A DNA stretch of 64,000 nucleotides from Eledone cirrhosa (taxonomy: Eukaryota): NCBI GenBank assembly GCA_964016885.1, contig OZ024763.1:21762001-21826000 (forward strand). The letters run 5' to 3'. Position 1 is the stretch's first letter, and each line of letters opens with the position of its first letter. A program made the position numbers and the translations under genes. Of this stretch, positions 56,211 to 64,000 are shown piece after piece. The notes below the pieces were generated by a model, which searched no databases, was not told where the DNA came from, and worked only from the letters and a program-made list of their open reading frames with translations.

Positions 56211-56224
56211 AGTATATATATATT

Positions 56225-56260
56225 TCTTCTGATGAAGGACTAGCGTCCGAAACGTTAAGA
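56225..56260 (+). ncRNA. Minimal hammerhead ribozyme motif (Penelope type, stem III reduced to a palindrome)
   Basis: tctt-CTGATGA-a-GGAC-tagc-GTCC-GAAA-CG-TT-aaga; AACGTT is palindromic; lies in a ~125-bp insert between (TA) tracts. Confidence 0.8.
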
Positions 56261-56344
56261 CCCTCTTCCTGCTATATCAAGCGTTAATCTAATATATACC
56301 TTCCATATACTGTACCGATTGTGTTGTTATTTCTGTTTACCTTT

Positions 56345-56409
<65 letters not shown>

Positions 56410-56413
<4 letters not shown>

Positions 56414-56596
56414 CGAAGGAAATGTGGTAAGGAACCAGGTGGACCATAACGCACCAAAGTACTCAATACTTGAGGTAGTAGAGTGGGTAATAGGAACCAG
56501 TAAGACCCCGACAGCTGAGCTCAAGCCGTTTCGACGGCTAATTCTGGAATTAGCCGTCGAAACGGCTTGAGCTCAGCTGTCGGGGTCTTACTGGTT

Positions 56597-56600
<4 letters not shown>
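56410..56600 (-). mobile_element. Penelope-like insert ending in a perfect 110-bp palindrome (56491-56600)
   Basis: 54-bp arms with a 2-nt loop, centred on gacggctaattc-tg-gaattagccgtc; flanked by (TA)n. Confidence 0.8.
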
Positions 56601-56636
<36 letters not shown>

Positions 56637-56883
56637 CCTCAAAAAAAACCACACAGTCCACGCTGTAATGTGGCTGTGTAGGTAACACGGTAAAAAGTTC
56701 CCAGTTCCACACTGTAAATGTGGTTGGTGTTAGGAAGGGCATCCAGCCGTAGAAAACCTGCCAGATAGTCCTATATGAGCGAGACACGGTCACCTGACCT
56801 ACTTTGCCTCAAGTGGGACAACTCCCGTTTAACCCATGCTAGCGTGGAAGATGGACGTTAAACGAAGATGATGATGAGGATGA

Positions 56884-56923
<40 letters not shown>

Positions 56924-57517
56924 CACATATATATACATATACATATATATATATATATGTATTGTTATACTTTGGGAGGGTCATGTTGCCAATAAGAAAC
57001 ACACGCACCAGTTGCTTTCACTTCAATTTATTATATATTTATAAATTTACAAATTTACAAACTTATAAATTTCTGGTTGGTTGGTTGGTTCCACAACCAG
57101 ATAGTTGTTTATATATATAGTCATAGTCCTTTCGTCACACACTCTGTGACCTCTTCACACGATTTCAGATAAAGAATCTTGCTAAACAAATTCAGAAACG
57201 AAATATATATATGTATATATATATATACACATATATATACATATACATATATATATACACACACACACACACATATATATATATATTCACTGGATATCAG
57301 TGGGTATACTATGGCTTCATTCATCACTAGCAAGATATTACATGTGCGTGGATATGCAATAGTGTGTATGTATGCACATGTGTGTGTATATATACATGTA
57401 CATGTAATTGTGTGTATAGTTGTTTACCATTTCCAGAAAATCCATCAATTTAATCCAGCAAATATTTCCTTTCTTCTTCAGATATTGAAACATTAAAACC
57501 TTTCAAAAGACTTTCTA

Positions 57518-57557
<40 letters not shown>

Positions 57558-57559
57558 TA

Positions 57560-58445
57560 AGGGCGGTGTATTGGCAGTATCGGTAGAGGGTCGGACGCCA
57601 TGCTTTGAAGCATAGAGTTACGGTCCTTTATGATCTGAGTTCAAATCCCGCAGAGGTTAACTTTGCCTTTCATCCTTACAAATTCAATAAAATAAAGTAC
57701 CAGTCACACACTGGGGTCGATTTAATTGACTTTCCCCTCCCCCAAAATTGATGGCCTTGTGCTTATATAAGAAACCATTAATCCTGCCGAGGTTAACTTT
57801 GCCTTTCATCCTTACGGAGTCAATAAAATAAAGTACCAGTAATGTACTGGGTAATTGCTGGCCTTGTGCCAAAAGTAGAAACAATTATTATTATTGTTGT
57901 TATTATTATTATTATTATTGGCAGTAATTGGTAGAGCGTCAGACACCCTGCTAAGCAGCATAGAGTTATGGTCCTTTACGTTCTGAGTTCAAATCCCATC
58001 TAGGTTAGCTTCACCTTTCATCCTTACAGGGTCGATAAAATAAAGTACCAGTAATACACTGGGGTCGATTTAATCGACTTTCCCCCTCACCCCTCAAAAT
58101 TGTTGGTCTTATTTTTATTAGAGCAGTGCAAGGGTGCTGGATTGGCAGTATCGATTGAGTGTCAGACACCATGCTTTGCAGCATAGAGTTATATCCCTTT
58201 ATGTTCTAAGTTCAAATCATGCTGAGGTTAACTTTGTCTTTAATCCTTACAGTGGGCTCAATAAGGTAAAGTACCAGTAATGCACTAGGGATTGATTGAA
58301 TAGATTTCCCCTACCCACCTTGTGTCTAAATCAGAAATCATTATTATCATTATTATGATTTTGAATCCGGCTGAGGTCAACTTTGCCTTTCATTCTAACG
58401 GGATCGATAAAATAAAGTACCAGTAATACACTGGGGTGGTCGATT
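57560..58445 (+). mobile_element. Cluster of ~5 Nin/Deu-domain SINE copies; the last is interrupted by the MITE and resumes at ~60335
   Basis: ..cactggggtggtcgatt | MITE | ttaatcgactttcccctgccc..ttgctggccttgtgcc; compare the uninterrupted ggggtcgatttaatcgactttcccc at 58061-58085. Confidence 0.8.
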
Positions 58446-60334
58446 TGACCCTTTAGCATTTACATTACTCTATATATACTATTATATGTTCATGGTAAAG
58501 GCTTTACCTCACATAATATCGAATCTATGAGATTTTAAGGTTATTTATTTTGAGAACAATACCTTAACATCAGTATGAGTGGCTGATTACAGCCAGTTTG
58601 AACAGAAAGAGGTGAGAGAATTCTGGCCAGATACAACTGGTTTAAATGCTAAAGGATTAATGACAGTATTAGTGACCAGTTACAGCCAGTTTGAACTGAA
58701 AGAGGTGAAAGAATTCTGGCTGGATACAACTGGTTTAAATGCTAAAGGATTAATGGCAGTATGTGTGACCAGTTACAGCCAGTTTGAACAGAAAGAGGTG
58801 AAAGAATTCTGGCCAGATACAACCGGTTTAAATGCTAAAGGATTAATGGCAGTACGTGTGACCAGTTACAGCCAGTTTGAACAGAAAGAGGTTAAAGAAT
58901 TCTGGCCAGATACAACCGGTTTAAATGCTAAAGGATTAATGACAGTATTAGTGACCAGTTACAGCCAGTTTGAACAGAAAGAGGTTAAAGAATTCTGGCC
59001 AGATACAACCGGTTTAAATGCTAAAGGATTAATGACAGTATTAGTGACCAGTTACAGCCAGTTTGAACAGAAAGAGGTTAAAGAATTCTGGCCAGATACA
59101 ACCGGTTTAAATGCTAAAGGATTAATGGCAGTACGTGTGACCAGTTACAGCCAGTTTGAACAGAAAGAGGTTAAAGAATTCTGGCCAGATACAACCGGTT
59201 TAAATGCTAAAGGATTAATGACAGTATTAGTGACCAGTTACAGCCAGTTTGAACTGAAAGAGGTGAAAGAATTCTGGCTGGATACAACTGGTTTAAATGC
59301 TAAAGGATTAATGGCAGTATGTGTGACCAGTTACAGCCAGTTTGAACAGAAAGAGGTGAAAGAATTCTGGCCAGATACAACCGGTTTAAATGCTAAAGGA
59401 TTAATGACAGTATTAGTGACCAGTTACAGCCAGTTTGAACTGAAAGAGGTGAAAGAATTCTGGCTGGATACAACTGGTTTAAATGCTAAAGGATTAATGG
59501 CAGTATGTGTGACCAGTTACAGCCAGTTTGAACAAAAAGAGGTGAAAGAATTCTGGCCAGATACAACCGGTTTAAATGCTAAAGGATTAATGGCAGTACG
59601 TGTGACCAGTTACAGCCAGTTTGAACAGAAAGAGGTTAAAGAATTCTGGCCAGATACAACCGGTTTAAATGCTAAAGGATTAATGACAGTATTAGTGACC
59701 AGTTACAGCCAGTTTGAACAGAAAGAGGTTAAAGAATTCTGGCCAGATACAACCGGTTTAAATGCTAAAGGATTAATGACAGTAGTAGTGACCAGTTACA
59801 GCCAGTTTGAACTGAAAGAGGTGAAAGAATTCTGGCTGGATATAACTGGTTTAAATGCTAAAGGATTAATGGCAGTATGTGTGACCAGTTACAGCCAGTT
59901 TGAACAGAAAGAGGTGAAAGAATTCTGGCCAGATACAACCGGTTTAAATGCTAAAGGATTAATGGCAGTACGTGTGACCAGTTACAGCCAGTTTGAACAG
60001 AAAGAGGTTAAAGAATTCTGGCCAGATACAACCGGTTTAAATGCTAAAGGATTAATGACAGTATTAGTGACCAGTTACAGCCAGTTTGAACCGAAAGAGG
60101 TGAAAGAATTCTGGCCAGATACAACCGGTTTAAATGCTAAAGGATTAATGGCAGTATGTGTGACCAGTTACAGCCAGTTTGAACAGAAAGAGGTGAAAGA
60201 ATTCTGGCCAGATACAACCGGTTTAAATGCTAAAGGATTAATGGCAGTACGTGTGACCAGTTACAGCCAGTTTGAACAGAAAGAGGTTAAAGAATTCTGG
60301 CCAGATACAACCGGTTTAAATGCTAAAGGGTTAA
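58446..60334 (+). mobile_element. piggyBac-like MITE whose 3' 93 bp is tandemly amplified ~19 times
   Basis: Left end (ttga)CCCTTTAGCATTTA, right end TAAATGCTAAAGGG-TTAA; period 93; source of the 599-aa ORF. Confidence 0.88.
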
Positions 60335-60544
60335 TCGACTTTCCCCTGCCCCTACGAAATTGCTGGCCTTGTGCCTAAGTCAGTAACAATTATTAGTATT
60401 TATTTATGTATGTATATATTTATTTATTCATTTATTACTGTAGTCTTCATGAATATATTTATATAAACGCATGTCTCTACATGTTTATTTCCAATGTCTC
60501 ACTTGGTAGATATTATTTCATTAGCAGATGTATATATATACGTA

Positions 60545-60900
60545 TTTCTGAAGATATATATGTATACAAACACATATTTCTGGAATATATATATACACAT
60601 ATTTCTGGAATATATATATACACATATTTCTGGAAGATATATATACACATATTTCTGGAATATATATATACATAATATTTCTCTGGAAGATATATATATA
60701 TATACACACATTTCTAAAAGATATATATATACATATATATATACATATATATACATATATTTCTGGAAGATATGTATGTATATATATATATATATATTTC
60801 TGGAAGATATGTATATATATATATATATATACTCTCCTGAGCGTGAATTTAATAAACATTTATTGTACTGCCTCTCTGTTCTGTCCCTGTTCAATTTTTC

Positions 60901-60961
<61 letters not shown>

Positions 60962-61210
60962 CTGGAAGATATATATATATATGCATATTTCTGGAAGATA
61001 TATTTATATATACATATTTCCTATGTATCCCTTGATAGAGATTATTTCACTGAAAGACATGTATATGCACATATTTCTGGGATATATATATATTACCTAC
61101 TCTACTACCCTAGGTATTGAGTACTCGGGTGTGTTACATTCCACATGGTATCTTACCACACCCTCTTTGTTTATATAAATATATACATATTTCTGGAAGA
61201 TATATATATA
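60545..61210 (+). repeat. (tttctggaaga + (TA)n) variable minisatellite
   Basis: Motif recurs ~12 times, and again at ~61776 and ~62169 beyond inserted elements. Confidence 0.8.
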
Positions 61211-61268
61211 TATATATATATATACAATATATTAACAAATGGAAACTATATTTATAAAACCATATTTA

Positions 61269-61329
61269 TTTCATTATACATATTTCAAGGACACCAAAGC
61301 AAATTATGGTGCGCTTTCATCAGATAAAA
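61269..61329 (-). ncRNA. Type I hammerhead ribozyme motif, AUA triplet
   Basis: Minus strand ttttat-CTGATGA-AAG-cgcacca..tggtgtc-CTT-GAAA-TAtgTA-TA-atgaaa. Confidence 0.72.
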
Positions 61330-61427
61330 TATAATATAGATCAGTTTTATAAACAAATATTGACATACCCTTAAAGAATGCGACCATGTCGGTTGGAAGC
61401 TCCCGGATATATATATATACATACACA

Positions 61428-61765
61428 CATGGCTTAGTGGTTAGAGAATTGGGCTTACAATCGAAAGGTTGCGAGTTCAATTCTCAGACCGGGTGGTGTG
61501 TTGTTTCCTTGAGCAAGACACTTTATTTCACATTGCTCCAGTTTACTCAGCTGTAGAAATGAGATGATAGGGACTGGGGTCCCTATCATTCCAATGCAAA
61601 GTGGTCGTGTAGGCGCCACGGCAAACAAAGCACCCAGCACTCACTGTAAATGAGGTTGGTGTTAGGAAGGGCATCCAGCTGTAGAAATCAAGCCAGAATC
61701 AGTTCCCAACCCACCCTTGCAAGCAGGGAAAAGCAGACGTAAAATGATGATGATGATGATGATGA
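61428..61765 (+). mobile_element. tRNA-derived SINE with full RTE tail and (GAT)n
   Basis: Matches 2526-2860; tail cccacccttgcaagcagggaaaagcagacgtaaaatgatgat. Confidence 0.85.
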
Positions 61766-61784
61766 TTATACATATTTCTGGAAG

Positions 61785-61816
<32 letters not shown>

Positions 61817-62443
61817 ATGTATAATAAACAATACAATATAATTACCTCATTACCAGAGGTTTCCCGAATAAGTCGAATACGAAAAACGTCCTCATTCGTT
61901 CGTCGGACAAGGCAATTTAAAACATAGTGAAATATTTGAAAAGTCTCCTCAAGAAATGCAAAAAATATATAAATAAAAGTAATGCAAGAGATATATAAAA
62001 AAGTAAGGAAATATAGTTAGGGTATGTGTATATGTATGTATATACACTCACAAATGTACATATGTGTGTATGTACATTGCTCTGGTACTTACATAGAGCA
62101 CTCTTCACTCCTATGACTTTTTCAATTTTCAACGGAAACTTCAATACTTATATATATATATATATATATTTCTAGAAGATATATATATATATATATAAAT
62201 GAGAGGTATAGAGATTGTTTTAGCAAGAAGCTAACGGCATTCTATAACATATATGCGACTATAACGTCAAGATGGGAAAAGTAGTTAACGAAAGATTTAG
62301 GAAAAATAACTCAAACTCATCTCAAAAGAGAATCAGGATATAAATCCATCCACAGAATTTAGTGAAATCCACGGAAAAATCTATAGACTCGTGATAAAAT
62401 AAAGTTTGAAACACTTATCCTTCAATTTGGAATAACATCAAAT

Positions 62444-62524
62444 GCTCTGTATAGTCTTAAAAGACTATTTCATGAAAATTTTCAGTGGAGATGGTCACGG
62501 TTGGATTTCATTCATCAGCAGAGC
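62444..62524 (-). ncRNA. Type I hammerhead ribozyme motif with all three stems well paired, AUA triplet
   Basis: Minus strand GCTCTG-CTGATGA-ATGAAA-(28 nt)-TTTCAT-GAAA-TAGTCTT-tt-AAGACTA-TA-CAGAGC; within a ~380-bp insert (62198-62580) in (TA)n. Confidence 0.88.
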
Positions 62525-63017
62525 TCAACAGAAAACCAGGGCTCTCACAGTAATATAATCCGAAAAAGGGAATTCTAAAACTGGCTAGTTTATATATATA
62601 TATAGTTTATATATATATATATTTTATATATAGTTTATATATATATATATTTTATATATAGTTTATATATATATATATTTTATATATAGTTTATATATAT
62701 ATATATTTTCAATGTATCACTTGATAAATATTCCAATGGAAGACATGGAGGTTTTGTGTACGTAATGTTCAGGAGTTCCATAGTTCCATAAATTATAACA
62801 TTGATTATTACCAAAGACAGCCATACACAGCTTCACACTTCCTCTTCAGACTCAGCTCAGGTTCTTCAACAAAGATTACTTTTCATGACATTGTCCAACA
62901 GAAACACACCATACATATTTATAAAGTGAAAACTGGAATCATGCATCACTGTTTATATATGGCAGCACCGCTCTCCCCCCAATTGATATGCCTGGCCATA
63001 AAATGTTTATTAAATAT

Positions 63018-63291
63018 GAGTGTGTGTGTGTGTGTGTGTAGGGAGAGAGAGAGGGGTTGTGTATATGTGTGTGTGTGTGTGTAGGGAGAGAGAGAGGGGT
63101 TGTGTATATGTGTGTGTGTGTGTAGAGAAAGAGAGAGGTTGTGTATGTGTGTGTGTGTGTTGGGAGAGAGGGGTTGTATATGTGTGTGTGTGTGTGCGTA
63201 GAGAGAGAGAGAGGGGGTGTGCATGTGTGTGTGTGTGTGCGTAGGGAGAGAGGGTGTGTGTATGTGTGTGCGTAGGGAGAGAGAGAGGGGT

Positions 63292-63322
<31 letters not shown>

Positions 63323-63392
63323 GGTGTGTGTGTGTGTGTGCGTAGGGAGAGAGGGTGTGTGTATGTGTGTGCGTAGGGGGAGAGAGAGGGGT

Positions 63393-63423
<31 letters not shown>

Positions 63424-63640
63424 AGAGAGATAGAGAGATAGAGAGAGAGGGGTTGTGTGTGTGTGTAGAGAGAGAGAGAGAGATAGAGGGGTTGTGTGTG
63501 TGTGTGTAGAGAGAGAGAGAGGGGGGTTGTGTGTGTGTGAATGTATGTATGTCAGTATGTTTGTGTGTGTGTCTGTGCTTGTGTGTGGAGAGGTGTGTAT
63601 GTGTATGTGTGGAGAGGTGTGTGAGCATGTGTGAATGTAT
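63018..63640 (+). repeat. Compound (GT)n-(GA)n repeat
   Basis: Directly visible. Confidence 0.9.
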
Positions 63641-64000
63641 GTATATTAGTGTGTTTTTTTGTGTGCTTGTTTGTTAGTGCATGTGTGAGAGGTACATGTT
63701 TTGTGTGTGTATGTATGTGTGGGAAGTACATGTTTTAGTGTGTTTCTTTGGTTTCTTTGCATGTGGGGGGTGGTGTGTATGTTTCTGTTTGTGTGCATAT
63801 GTGTGTGTATATATATATATCATCCTAGCACTCTGTGCAATATAAAGCAAAGATATAAAATGGCTGATAAATATATGCCAATAATTAACATACAAAAGCA
63901 ACAACAACAATATGAATATATATTGAATATTCTTCACATATCATCATTGTTTAACATTCATTTTCCTTACTAGCAAAGGTTGGACAGGTCTACATAGACA

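Noticed and set aside
58579-60378. 599-aa ORF of 31-aa repeats
   Set aside because: The unit is the 3' end of a non-coding MITE, including its terminal inverted repeat; it is open only because 93 is divisible by 3.
50545-64000. Next CAMTA exon (expected to start NPDIVLVHYLN)
   Set aside because: No matching acceptor-bounded frame found by eye; presumed downstream of the window.

Overview
Animal intronic DNA, very rich in microsatellites, SINEs and LINE fragments; the repeat families look like those of octopus/coleoid cephalopods (inference). The only host coding sequence I can support is three small + strand exons (20309-20376, 40033-40168, 50473-50544; 68, 136 and 72 nt). They splice in frame to the CG-1 DNA-binding domain of CAMTA (calmodulin-binding transcription activator), and the ORF track largely misses them. 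The flanking exons appear to lie outside the window. The long ORFs in the track come from tandem repeats. The most notable non-coding signal is a set of type I hammerhead-ribozyme motifs from several unrelated sequence families. They sit in short Penelope-like/retrozyme-like inserts within (TA)n tracts, and several are fold-back palindromes that pivot on ribozyme helices. Other highlights are satellites born from transposon pieces (a TTAA-to-TTAA 93-bp amplification inside a piggyBac-like MITE, and repeated amplification of one RTE LINE segment), a 9-kb stop-free 45-bp minisatellite with a 2517-bp internal duplication, and duplicated 5' splice sites behind two CAMTA exons. Repeat boundaries are approximate; no database search or RNA folding was run.
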